A stretch of 64,000 nucleotides of DNA. Origin: Raillietiella orientalis (lineage: Eukaryota). The DNA lies in NCBI GenBank assembly GCA_036172245.1, contig JAYWIR010000008.1, positions 3,410,001 to 3,474,000 of the forward strand, given 5' to 3'. The notes under the pieces are model-generated. The model was not told the DNA's origin. It saw only the letters and a program-made list of their open reading frames with translations, and made no database searches. Positions within the stretch are counted from its first letter, which is position 1. Every line of letters begins with the position of its first letter. Positions 12,991-26,031 of this stretch are shown here, one piece after another. The position numbers were made by a program, and so were the translations under genes.

Positions 12991-14464
12991 ACCGTCAAGT
13001 TTCGAAATGAAGAGTTTATCTGTGTTGTTACCCATGCAGAAATAGATGATTTCAATATTGTTGTCGCAGATTGTAATATTCTTAACACAATAATTATTTC
13101 TGATTAAATTTTTTTTTATTTTCACCAGATTTTTCATTTTCATTTCCTGAAAATATCTAAGTAATTTTAGAATGAAAGTAACATTTCGTATGTGGTAGTT
13201 CAATTGCCTATTAAAAGTGAATCCAGTCAAGTTTCCTCAACTTTCATCAGAAACATCATGTAGAATAATAAGTATTATGTAGTAATGAACAAAAGGTAGG
13301 TTTGCTGTATTACTTGGTAAATAGAAGCACATAGCACTAAAGTGGGATGCTAATTCTTAGGTGAAAATTATGGAATATGTAAGTTGATGAGATCAGCTGA
13401 AAACGAGTCAACTGACCTTGTATTCCTTAATGGAATCTTTATTTAATTTTCCAGCCACTCCTGCAGGGACAGGAGTAGAATGAAATATGAGTACACAGCT
13501 TTCACCTGCAGTCACTCTGTTATAAATCAAAATTTAAGTGCTTGATCCAGCTGCTATTCAGTATTTCTTCCAAAAAAAATTGTGCAAACTTTTCAAATGG
13601 TAATGCCCACTCACTTTCAAATAAGAAAGCCAGAGAAAATTCCTAATTAATGATGCTTTTCGAAAAGTATTGTGGAAAGGTGAAGAAAAATAGGTAGCTT
13701 CACAATTTATGGTCAAGCACATAAGCAATTTGTAAGAAGTTGGACAACTTCCCTTGTTGACTTTTACCCCCCTATTGAGCACATGCTTTAAACTCATTTA
13801 CAGGAAACACAATGTCCATGCAGACAGGCAAATATTATCCACTTCTGCATACACCTTGATACAGAATGCAACAAGCTTCTCATTCGTGAATGGCATCGAA
13901 ACTCTTTATGAAATGTCAACGTAGAGTTAAAAAGAAACCTTTAGATATGAACAAATCTTATTCATAAAAAGCAGCATTTACTTGGTGGATATCAGGAGCA
14001 TGCATTTCCCTGCCTATCAACAGCGGCTATGAGGTGGTACGTACAATTTGAAACAGTATCAATTTATACCGAAACTAAAGATATAGTGAATGCCTTCAAC
14101 TGAATATCATGGGCACTACCTTTTTGTCGTTTTTCTCTTAAGAATGCCAAAAGGAAACTCGAATTTTATGATCTAGGGCTATCATGTTAGGTCTTTTGGG
14201 TTCGATGGGTACAAAAATACCAAACAACCGCAAATGCGAGCCGTGCAGTGGCTGAACAATATTGGAAAAGTCAGCTTTTCTCTCTCCTCTCTCTTTTGAG
14301 AAGTTAGAGACCCACAAACTGTATGGGCAAAGTTCATGTTTAAAGACATAAAAGAAAAATTTCTCCCACAGCGAGCTGCAATATTCTGCCCTCAAACGGT
14401 GGGAAATAATTGACCTATTTTTTTTTTTTTTTTAAGAAAAAAAAAACACACACATAAACTGCTG

Positions 14465-14488
14465 CTGCCAAAACAGCTGTTTTGGCAG
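14465..14488. repeat. Perfect 24-bp palindrome CTGCCAAAACAG|CTGTTTTGGCAG
   Basis: Read directly; the two arms are exact reverse complements with no spacer. Confidence 0.9.
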
Positions 14489-14879
14489 TAGGCGTTTGGC
14501 ACTTATGAACATCAAGGTGAAGGTTTGGCCAAGATGGCAAGTGGCTAATGGTGAAAACCACGTATTTTCAAAAAATTCGTTTTAGTCAGCACCTAGACAC
14601 GAATAGGATGCAAAGCCAACGTGCAAGTTGCGTAGGGGGGTCGAATGGCCAATACGGGCTGTGAGCATTACTACCATATGGGCTTAAAAGGAAAGTGATT
14701 ACACCGTGTTGATCGAAATGACAAGCCCGGAGAGTCGGGAGTTTTCCCAAGTTGACTCAACACGCAATCACAATTAAAGATTGCATTACATTCATTCGTT
14801 TTGTTTATTCCGACTTCCAGCAGAATCGACGTAGGCAGCACACGTTTCACTGGACAGCTCTTAACAGATAGCAGATCCC

Positions 14880-15480
14880 CACCGAAAGAAGCAATAGTTC
14901 ATTCCTCTTCGGTAAAATATCAAATGAAAACCTTGGCACGGTTATTCGCAACCTCAAGACCCATCATTTTCCATCCTTACTTTCAGTCGTTAGGAATGAC
15001 CATTGTTTTCTATGCAAGGGTGCCAACGCATTTCGAAGCAGATGCATTCGTCTCATGGGTGGCTACTTCGATTAATAAATAATAATGCACAGTGATCAAA
15101 AAAGTTATTCAGCTGCTTACAAAAAATCCTGAAGAATATCTTTTAGTTCTTTGTCTAAACTTTTTCAATCCCTTTCCTAAAATAGTGGGATAACGAAATG
15201 AAGGCCTATTCCAACTGGGCTGAAGGTCTAAGCATGAATAATATGAGTTCATCCAAACTATAGAAAGGGTTGAAAGAGAAACAGCAGTGGCCTTGGTTCC
15301 ACTGAACAAGTTTCGTGGAATGACTGAAAAGCTTTACTAAAAAAGCAATACACAAGCCTATCCTGTGCATCCCATTGAGAAGAGACTCTGAATTTGAAGT
15401 GATAACCGTTATATCCTCACTTACCTATTTGTTACACAACTGTTACTTCCATCCAAAATCCCGCTATGGCAATGACTGGA
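14880..15480 (-). mobile_element. Decayed Ty3/gypsy RT fragment
   Basis: Minus-strand motifs in correct order: LDGSNSCVTNR* (~DGSxRFCVDYRK), NSYYSCLDLQPSW (~KYFSTLDLxSGYW), RRMHLLRNALAPLHR (~RRMPFGLRNAPATFQR). Confidence 0.5.
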
Positions 15481-17189
15481 CATTGGTTTTGGTCTTAAAT
15501 GATAGGAAGCTATCAACACGGAGACCACAGATCCCTTACTCTTTATGAATCTTGTTGCAAAACTATGAGGAAATCACTGGAAGTCTGATAATCCGAATTC
15601 ACATTCAATAACTTGAGCATTCCTTCCATAACACACTTTCAAAGAAAAATTCCTCCACCCAGTATTTATCTCTGCCGATTAAAGAAAAACAGTGAATTCC
15701 TGTTCAAAGAACAAATTTATTTCCATAGAGGCTCCAGAATATTATGACGTTGATCGCGGAATCTAAAATTTAAATTTAGTAGTTCATTGCATCGGCAGAA
15801 ATTTTTTGAATACGAATCCAATCAAGTATTTTCAGCACACAATCCCTCCTTACTCGAATGGATGTGACTTATTCATGGAAAACAGAATCCACCAGATTTC
15901 CGTTTTTTATATAAGGTATAGTCCCAGGAACATGCATTCCTTTGTCCTATTCTTCAAGAGGAATTTAATCCCCAAAATTATGGGCATTCTTTCAATTGAC
16001 TCACTTTAAAGTATAGCACATCAGCATTTAAGATGGGGACTATTCATTTCATTCTTAGGGATTCATATTGCCATTTCCTCACGAAAATCATTCGAGAAAA
16101 CTTTTAACGGGTCGATGAAAGGACTCTTCCTGTCAAATACGAACCAAAGAAACGATTTCCTCATACCATCTACAATTATTTTAATCATTAGCTGTCTGGA
16201 AATGCCGTGCATGAATCCTCATGTTCGTTTTCCTGGGAACTTCAGGCGTACTCTACATCTACTTTCTATATGACATCAAGGCGACTCACAAATCAAATCT
16301 TCAAATCTACTCCACCTTCTATTTAATGGTAATAGAAGAAACATCACAAATGGAGCACCACATTCCTTGTTTCATCTGCTCTAAAGAGGGACTAGTTCAA
16401 ACAATCACAAATGAGGTATGCAGGCCAAATAGTGTACAGGTAAAGTTCTTAGGCTCAAGTCTAAGCAGGTAGAGTGATCATAAAATGAAACATAAAGCAG
16501 GATAGAAGTTGCATTCTTATCGCTCAATTATTCTGGCAAGTATAAACACATATGTGCTTTATAAAATGTTCCGTATTTTTTCTTAATTTTTCAAACATTC
16601 CCAAAGTAACACTGTAATTTCCGTTTCCAAATGATCTTTCCAGGCTTTGCATGCTTTGATTATATCACAAAAACGATTCCTTTTAGAAGCAATAGACTTG
16701 TTTGGAAGGTAAGTGTTAAGGATCTTGGCGCAAAGGCCATTGATTCTATCATTATTATTTTGCAGTGGGCGTAGATAAATTTAGGCACGATAGGTAGATT
16801 CATTAGAAGGAAACTGTTGTCGAGTGTTTGAAAGGATAAAGAAATTTATTCGCCTCATGATTTACTTCTATTGATTAACAGTGCTCACTTTCCATGCAGA
16901 AATGATCACTGTGTTTTTGCAAAGCTGAATATTCCTTTGGCATCTTAGGTTCTATTGTTTATCCAAGGATAAGTGATTACGGTAGTTAAACTTGAAGAAT
17001 GCTGATTTCGACTTTTGTCGATACCTATTATCAAATACTTTTGAGTATTTCTGGAATCTTCCTAAAGTAACATTTTATCAATTTTTGATCTTCTCAAAGT
17101 GGTCCAAGGGATATGGACCTCGGAAATGAGTAGCACTCACATCATCTCATGATTCTTTTCATTCAAATTGTTTCAGCACATCTTCTGTC

Positions 17190-17500
17190 AAGCAAATGAA
17201 AAAGAATGTACGTACAAGAATTTATTTTTTTTGAAATGAGACAAATTGATACAAAGGCTACCAACATGGACACCAACAGTTTCGGTATCCATCGGTATTG
17301 GTTCCGAGGCAGTGACAGCTGTTTGTACACATTTAGGTAATCCCCTTAGAACTTTTTCAAGGGAGTTGGTAAGCACCCAAATGATGGAGGTGCATCTTAC
17401 TAAAGACAGATTTCATGAGATAATAATCAGTAATATGCGAGCACTACCTGAAATATGTACAAGGGAACAACAAACCGGTCGCCATGTGAATTCCATTTTA
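17190..17500 (-). mobile_element. Decayed Ty3/gypsy RT fragment
   Basis: DAPPSF followed by SLEKVLRGLPKCVQTAV...TETVGVHVGSLCINLSHF (~NAPATF..MEKVLRGLPGxxxYLDDILIFSETxEEHLxNLxxVLxRL). Confidence 0.45.
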
Positions 17501-18749
17501 AATAGACTGCTCAATTGAAATGACAAGTGAGAACAATGAAGAAAAAAAAAGGTCAAAATCACTTGTACTCTCAACAAGGTAACTAGGTATTATCCCTTAG
17601 GTAACTTTTCCTTCATTTCAAAATCATTATTATTTCATATAAAATTACTAAACTATGAAGATGAATTCTTCATTATCCGCCCCAGATAACATCTCATTAA
17701 AATTTCATCTTACCACCACACTCTCGACTTATTCAAGGACACTAGTTCTAAAGGGTCTTCTAGTCCCTTAAATTTATTATAGATTTTTCACTATAGCATT
17801 AAATTCAAATAAAGACTGTAGAAGATGCCGCGAATAAAAGTCCGTGTCAAAATCAATGGATAAAAGAATGGAAGGAAGTAAAAAAAAGATTAAAAAGTTG
17901 TGTAAAAACATAATATAAAAGTTTCTGATGGGAAAGGGAATCGAAATCTTGAAATTTGCAACAAAAAAAATTTCGAATGCAGAACCTTTGTTTTGTTTAC
18001 TAAAATGACTATGGCTAAATTTTTTAAGCGTAAAAAATATCAACGAAAACGATCATTAAAATGGTAATGAATAGTTTAGTTTCTATTATTACGCAAAATA
18101 ATTGCAAAGACTGAGAGGTAGAAGGTTTTTTTGATTTTTCATTTGATTTCATTTCATCCAGTAATAGCATCTGGAAGATGATTCTATTTACCTGTCCATA
18201 CTAATTTTAAAGCGTGCCTGAACGAAGGATTCGTAGAATCTGCATTTATGGAAGCACACGTTGAGGGAAATGATGATTTCAAGCGAATGAAAAGGTGCGG
18301 TACACGTTCTCATGTTAAGGATGAAGGAATCGAGCTTTCCTTCTATTAGACAACTTGGCAATAACGCAATGCGGTTTGAAATCCGAGGGGAAGCTTAGAA
18401 GGAAATTTTTGGATGCTTGGATTCATTCGCACAAATCCAAATATTCAAATGAGATTTTGACAACGTTTGTGCAGCAGAATTTCGCAAATCCCTTTCAGAT
18501 TTCAACACGGATTTCGCACTTTAAATTCCACAATCATTCATCCTCTTTGAGGACTTCTGTTGATTGGCGCTGTCTCTCACTGTTCCCGTTTTTGGAATCT
18601 GGTGCCTAGTGTATTTTACTCATCCGAGTTCCCTATCTGTTCACTGCTGTTGGGAAGTTGGATCCCAGGATCAACGGTGTAATAAATCTTGCGACATTCT
18701 TGTTCAATGCATAGGAACCCACTTTTTGTTTGCTGCGACAAAGCAGTGC

Positions 18750-20050
18750 ATCGTAGATTCTCTCCAAGAATTTCCGTTTCCGCGATTTAGGAAAACGAGG
18801 AAAGGCGATGCTTGCAGGGAGAGTGGTTTGCATCCACGGAACTGATGCTGAAAGAAGAAGAAGAAGAAGAAAAATGGGAGAGATGGAAAGAGCGGAAGCG
18901 GCGAAATTCTCCACCGAAATTGGGATCGCTGATGGCGGCGACACTGCTCGCAACGCTGACCGCGGCACGCACACCACGACGGAGTTCGCTGGAACAAAGG
19001 AGGTGTGCTTTTTTGCGTGCACGTGTACCACCTTCACCCCGCGTGCAAGCTTATACTGGAAGAGAGAGAAAAAAAGAAGAAGATTTTTTTTTTTTTTTCT
19101 TCACGATCATTTCACCTCCTCGCATGTAAAGGGCCGATCGGACGAAGGAAAAACCGTGCAGCGTTTGTGCCGCCGCCCGGGAAGGACGTCGGTACGGACA
19201 CACCGCTGCATCACCGCCCACCCCCGACGTGCCGAGCATCCGACTCGTGCTGCTGTGCACCCGACTGTATCCGTCAGGAGAGAGAGGATGGGGGAGAGGG
19301 ACCGACGTGCAGATGATCCTGAGGAGGGGAGGGGAGGGAACCTTTTAAAAGATGACTTTCACACGCATGCACGGAGAGCGTCGTCGTCCGATTTTCCAGA
19401 CTGGTGTCGTGACGACACGCCAGCGAAGGTGAACGCGTATTACTGCCGCCGAGCCGTGCCCTCCCCCCCCCCGCTCCCTCCCCCCGATAAGCCGTGCAGG
19501 CGCGCGGAAACACCGAAACGACGCGGGGCGGGGGGGGGGGGGTCGGTCGGTCCTCTGCGGATCGAAGGTCTATTTCCGATGTAAAAGCGGAAGGGATCGC
19601 AGCCGCATCCGTCCCGGAAGAGATTTCGCTTCCCTCTGTCACTCTCTTTTTCCGCAGAAAAAGGAAACGATCTTCCATTCGGGCCGTGCGGCGGAATGGT
19701 TGCGAGGAGGCGTTTCCTTGACTCCAAATAAGCGCCTACTTCGTGGTGCAAGTGCGTTGTCGTAGGCGACCGGAGTGAGTGGATGGTGCAATGTGGAGTG
19801 CAAACAAGTAGGAGCATAAGGCACCGGGCACAGTCATTCTTTCTGTCTTTTCTTCCCCCCCCCCCCCTTTTTTTTTTGTTTTTTTATTTTTTTTTGCTTT
19901 TGTGTGTGTTTTCACATTCGGGGTAATAAATTCCAGTGTGGTTTCCACGGACGGCAGGTTGCTACGATGGGTTGTTTTACGTGACAGGAGCTGAAAAGAG
20001 CCTGTTAGGGAAAGCAAAACTGTGTCGTCGTTGCCATCCGAGAGTAAACT
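18750..20050. promoter_or_regulatory. CpG-island-like GC-rich region upstream of kindlin (promoter/5' UTR)
   Basis: High GC and CpG with GAA repeats and C/G/T homopolymers, directly 5' of the kindlin ATG. The overlapping ORFs are low-complexity. Confidence 0.5.
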
Positions 20051-20091
20051 CTTCTGAAAAAGTCTGAGATGGTTTGAATCGCTGCAGGAAA

Positions 20092-23000
20092 ATGTTGAAT
20101 GAAGACGTGACCGGCAATTCGTGGAGTTTGCAAACCTGGATTACAGATCTGCAGATTCAAAAAACGATTACTGTAAGAGGGGATCTGCATATCGGCGGTG
20201 TGATGCACAAGCTAGTGAATGAAGTTGGTGAGTTTTTTTTTCTTCTTCTTCTTTTTTTTTTTTTTTTTACTCCCCCCCCCCCCCAACGCGTATCAAACAT
20301 TACTGTTCTGCCGTTGTCGCATACACAGCTGAAAGTAAAAACCCCGATTTTCTTTAGAACCGATGTCGAAATTTTCAATTTGCAGAAGATTATGCTCACC
20401 GAAACGTGAAAGTTATAATTGGTTTCCATGTCTCTCACACGGTGAAATACTTCATATTGTATCAGTAGTTTACGAGTACATTTGGGAGACATGTTTGACT
20501 ACATGTGTCAAGTGCACAAGATATATGTTTCAGCAAGATAATGCATCAGCTGGTTTGAATTTGTATCAAATTTTGACCAAAGCTGCAGAAAGTGGCATAC
20601 AATCCAGTAGATTAGTAGTGTCCCTTATGGCTACTAGGATTTTTTTTGGTATCCACCGAAATGCATGGCTAGTTTACATCTGTTTGTGCCCCATATGGCC
20701 TTGAAGTTTTCAAATTGTAGTCTTGGGATAAATGTATTACATACAGCAATATATACGTGATGGAATTCGATGATTCATAATTCGGTATGTTAAATCTATA
20801 AAATCGATCTTAATCGCTTGAAAGTGGCATTTATTATGTCAGAATCTGAGTGGGATATACTCAACATTTCTGGAATTTATGAGTTGAGGTAAGATTCAGG
20901 GGAGGCAAATGGTAGCCTGATTTTATCCATTAGAGAAACTGCATAGATTTAAATCTCCTTTCCAATACTTTAGATACCCAGAGAATGATAAAAGTGATGA
21001 TGTTGTTTATGAAAAGAATGAAAAAATTAGAACATGTCACCTGAGTAGATTAATGATTCTGGCAGTTCAACTTTCTATTGCAAATGTCATGAATTACTGT
21101 CAGGATCTCTTGTGCCAGTAATTAACAAAAGGACCGTAGTGTTTTGGAGTTTCATTGAAATTTTGATTGTTGAATCTGACTTGCAAGCACGTGTTGCATT
21201 AACGTCAATTTGTAAAGAGAAGATAAGAATAGGAGGTTTATATGTTCTGTTTACTGAGTCTTATGTAAAAATAATGATGAAAAGGTCTCAGGTGTTCATT
21301 TTCATCTGGATTTCTCTGGTGGATTTCTTTTCCAATCAGTTTGTTTGAAAATTCTATAGTTCATTGTTCTCATTTACATACATCCTACTTTCCATGCTCT
21401 TAAGACCTAACTTGATTTGGATGTCATTTTGAGCTCTTAGTTTGATACATATTTGTAGTTGTGGGAATACAGAGGTACTTTATCAAAAATACAAGTAAAA
21501 AATACGTCAACAGATAGAAATGTGATTCAGCAAGCAAACAGAAATGTGTCCTGCTTAGTTGTGTTATTGTAGTAAAACAAGGTACTGTTGCTCAATCCTC
21601 TCTAACAAAAAATGTAACCTCTGAATATTTTATGAAAATATTAATGCTAATATGATTTTTTGCTTATTATTTTTTACAAGTCACAATCACATGAACATAA
21701 TGGTTTTTTGTTTATGTTTTATGATGAAGTAAGTTCTGTCTATGAGAAATGTTGATTTGTGAAGTCATTAATGTATGTAATGTGTTTTCCATTCAGGAAG
21801 CATATCAGTAAACTTGTGAAACTGCTTCCTCAGTTGATCATATGCTTAAGATTTGAAGTGGCTATTACATAAAACAACCAGCAATTGTAAAATCAATTCT
21901 TATGTTATAGTTTTGAATCAGGTTATCAGGTATCAGGAATGAAAAGTCAATTGATGTGTGTCTGCTCATTGTATTACTTTGAAAGTTATTATTATGTAAT
22001 TTGATTTTCCTGTTTGTAGATATGTGAACATTCTAAACTGTACAGATGTTTCAAACTGTGTTGTTTCTAGGAATCGCTTGTGATTGGTCAGATCATGCAT
22101 TTTGGTGTCCCCCCAAAAATATATGGTTAATGAGAACAAAATCTACTTTGGATCAGTATGGAATAATGGCAGATACTCTTTTATACTTCACTCCAATGCA
22201 CAAAATGCTGCGTATCCAACTGCCAGACTTGAGATATATTGATTGCAAAATAGATTGCTCAGTGAAAACATTTAATGCTGTTTGTCAACTCTGCAAAGAA
22301 TTGGGTAAGAAAACGTTACTTTATGAAACAAGGTGACTTTATTGCTAGATTATCTATGAAACTTTCAAAAATGGGAATTGAACACAAATTGCTCTGATTG
22401 TGTTGAAAGGCTCCACGGAAACTTAGAGTAGGCTTTTGATAATTTTAATGATGGTGACTAATCTGTGAAAATGGACTTTCTCCCAAATTGATCGATTGTG
22501 CTCGCAAATTTCAGTTGCAGATGTTCAAACTGTCATGTGCTTTCAAGGTTTTCTGTGTATCACTAATGCACAACAGAACTCTCTTTAGTATGTTGCTACT
22601 TTTGTTGAGATTTTCATTGTCGACTTTGTCTTGTATACATGCGTTGCATTAAAAAATTAGCCAGACTAATGACTATCCAGCCTTTTGTTACCAGTGTTCA
22701 ATATATGAAATTTGAAATGCTTGCCATTGAGTTTATCACTGCCCTGCAAATATTGCTGCATATTCCTTTAAGTATTCATTTTTTTCTCCTCTCTGCTTTT
22801 GTGCTCAATTTATGTTTAATTTTTTTTTTCTTCCCTTGTGCTTCAAATTGAAAGCTTACTGTTTAGTGGATGATGGCATCATGCCATTTGTTGTGGTTCT
22901 TTTACTCTGCGTTTCATTTAATTTGTCTTAATGTTTTGTAATTCAAGAGAGAGAGCAGGAAGTTTTGGCTTAATGAGACAGGTATTATTGTAATGATTCT

Positions 23001-25862
23001 CTATGTGTGCAGTATTGAATCAAAAATTAATTTGTTCATCTTATAAAATCATCGGGTAGTCTGCTTCCTTAGCTCGATTTGTTCCTTACCCTTTCACACA
23101 AGATGAAAAAGTTCGCCTTTGTTGTGCCATTTGAGCCTGTGACATTTGAGAATTTATGTTAAGGAATTAATATGTTGAGCTCTGAATGTTTTAAACATTC
23201 ATCCAAATCTATGTCATCGTAATCCCATTTATGTTAGATTCAAAAGGCTTGCTATACTTATTTGCAGGTTATTATTTGTGTGTTGATCTCCTGCCAGATT
23301 TGCAAGATGAAATTTTTCGGATATCAATAGCAATATAGTATGAAAGGGAAAATGAGAAGCACAGTGCTATGCTTTCCCAGGGATCAAAAATTTTTTTCGA
23401 GTTTTCAATACCATACTTTTAAATTCGGTGATATTTTAGTTTTGGGCGAGCTGCTGTATTATCGGTTTTATTTTTTATGTTATTTTTTACATCGAAAATT
23501 TTTGATGATAACGTGTATGTTGACAAAATATTCAATTCTCTTATTGGTAACTTGGGAGTGGCGTGTTGAATGTGTAATTTCCTAAGGAAAATAGTGACTT
23601 CAAGTAGCTTTTTCAACCCAAAGGTATAGAGCATCCAGAAGAGTTGTCTTTTCGGAAAGTTTTGGGACCAGAAGATTTGAAGTATAATTACGCAGAGCAT
23701 CCAGTTCACAAGCAGAGAACAGCAGCTTCACCCGACACTAATAGTTTCATAGCTTCCAATGTAAGTGACGGCAGCAGAGATCAGTCATTTGGCAAGATAA
23801 GCCCTGCCAAAAAACCTATATCTCCTGGGACAGCATCCTACTCAGTATGTTGTGCATTTTTTTCTAGTGAGGGGAAGCCAAATTAAAGTATTCTGAAGAT
23901 TTTACATGCGGAAATTTCCAAAGCAGTGAGGCGTTCCCTGTCGAAAGAAGTGATTAAAAAGACGGGCGAACGTAGTCTTGATGCGAGGAACGTAAATTTT
24001 CGAGATGCTTTTGTTTCCTAACATTAACAGTAACATTCTTGTGAATAGAGTAATACAGAGGAATGGGGAAAACATTTCTGATCGAAACATTTCCAATTGT
24101 CCTAATGACAATCGCTTTGATAGTATGTAAAGTACTCGGTAATTGAATTATGTGTGTTCTTACCGTTATTGTTTGTGTTATTCCTGTGTTTTTGTAGAAG
24201 AGCATGACACATGACTGGTCAGGGGAGAAATCAATGCTCAATACTTCCTATAATGGATTAAGCAATAGTGTACTTAATGGATTGGGTGAGCACAATGAGC
24301 AGCTGTTCTCAACTAGTCCACTGCCCACCGATGAAGCTCGTGCTAGTCTTTTGCATCCACATAATTTAGTAGAACGGGCCCGTGTTAATGTATCGTGAGT
24401 ATGCTTGTGTGCCTGTTAAAGCTATTCTGTGTTTTTTCTGCAGATGGTTGGACTCTTCGCTATCAATAATGGAGCAAGGTGTGCAGGAGTTTGATACACT
24501 TTTGTTACGATTCAAGTTTTATATGTTTTATGACTTGAGTGGTGCAGTGCGAATACATCAGCTCTATGAGCAAGCTCGTTGGCAGCTTCTTAACGAAGAG
24601 GTTGATTGCACAGAAGAAGAAATGCTTATGTTTGCTGCTCTGCAGGTGAATAGATGGTATAGGTCTATGCTCCTTTGACTATCATTGCTAGCTTCAAGTA
24701 AAACTTCAAGAGAATAATCCCCAGCTGTCAGTCACAAACAAGAATCGAGATGATGATATCGAAGCAGCTCTCAACAATTTGCAGTTAACATTAGAAGGAA
24801 ACAATGTTGGAGTTATTCCGACAGACATTGTTCAAGTTCCTGAATTGAGTGGCCTTCTGAAGTTTCTTCGTCCAAGCAGATTCACGTTGAAGCGCTATAA
24901 GCGTTACTGGTTTGTGTGCAAGGATCTGCAGTTACTGCTGTACAAATCCCCTGAACATGATAAGGGCGATCCATCACATGTTATAAGTTTACGGGGCTGT
25001 GAACCTTCACCTGATGTTCACATTGCACATAGCCACTATGGCATAAAACTGGAAGTTCCTGATCATGAAGGCATGTCAGAAATTCGCATACTTTGTGACA
25101 GTGAAGATCAGTATGCTCATTGGATGGCTGCCTTCCGTTTGGCTTCCAAAGGCAAAACTCTGGCTGATAGCACTTATGATAATGAAGTGAAATCAATACA
25201 AGCATTTCTGTCCATGCAGCATCCGTCTGCAGCTCCTGCTCCAATCATTTCTTCTGCTGACCTCAAAATCAACCCTGAAGAATACGTTGCTAGCAGATTT
25301 TTGAAACGTTCCCGAAGCAAGGTAATTTTGAATGAGGAAAAAGGCTAATTTGCTTATTGCTAATTTGCTTTCCCAGCTGGTCCAGAGAATCCTAGAAGCC
25401 CATGCCAATGTCAGTGGTCTTTCCTTGATGGATGCAAAAATGAATTTTATCAAAGCCTGGCAATCATTGCCAGACTATGGCATCACTCTGTTTGTGGTGC
25501 GCTTCCAGGATCATCGTAAAGAAGAATTACTTGGGATAGCCTTCAACCGACTGATGTGTATGGATTTGCATTCAGGAGACCTGCTGAAGACATGGCGATT
25601 CAACTCCATAATGGTGAGAAATTTTGTGCGCTTCCAGCAAATGATATTCTTGTAGGCATGGAATGTCAATTGGGACAAGAAAATGATGATGGTACAATTT
25701 GAAGAACAAGCAAAGGCTATCAATTTTTTCTGTTTATCAGCAGATTGTAAAGTAATTCATGAATTCATAGGTGGTTATATATTCTTGTCCATGAGGAATA
25801 AAGACGTCTCGCAGAATTTAGACGAAGAAATGTTTCACAAATTAACCACGGGATGGGTGTGA
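20092..25862 (+). CDS. FERMT2: Kindlin/fermitin (UNC-112/Fit) FERM-PH integrin adaptor
   Basis: Exon 1 [25 protein letters not shown] (20092-20227); exon 2 [26 protein letters not shown] (22071-22304); exon 3 [10 protein letters not shown] (from 23624); [20 protein letters not shown] domain [64 protein letters not shown]. Single invertebrate-type gene, so the paralog number in the symbol is nominal. Confidence 0.95.
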
Positions 25863-26031
25863 TGTGCCTTAATGTGTGTAACAGCCTTAATGTGTATTTA
25901 AACAACTAACTTTGCTATACACATGAAAGTAATGCTAACTGAAATAATTTGTGCTGCCAGATATTTATAAGCTATAATTTTAAAAAGGAAAAGTTTGAAT
26001 AAAGTAATATATTCATAAGACAGTGATTTGA

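Noticed and set aside
18787..19820. 258-aa and other ORFs upstream of kindlin
   Set aside because: Low-complexity translations of a CpG-rich, homopolymer-rich promoter region with no recognisable domain.
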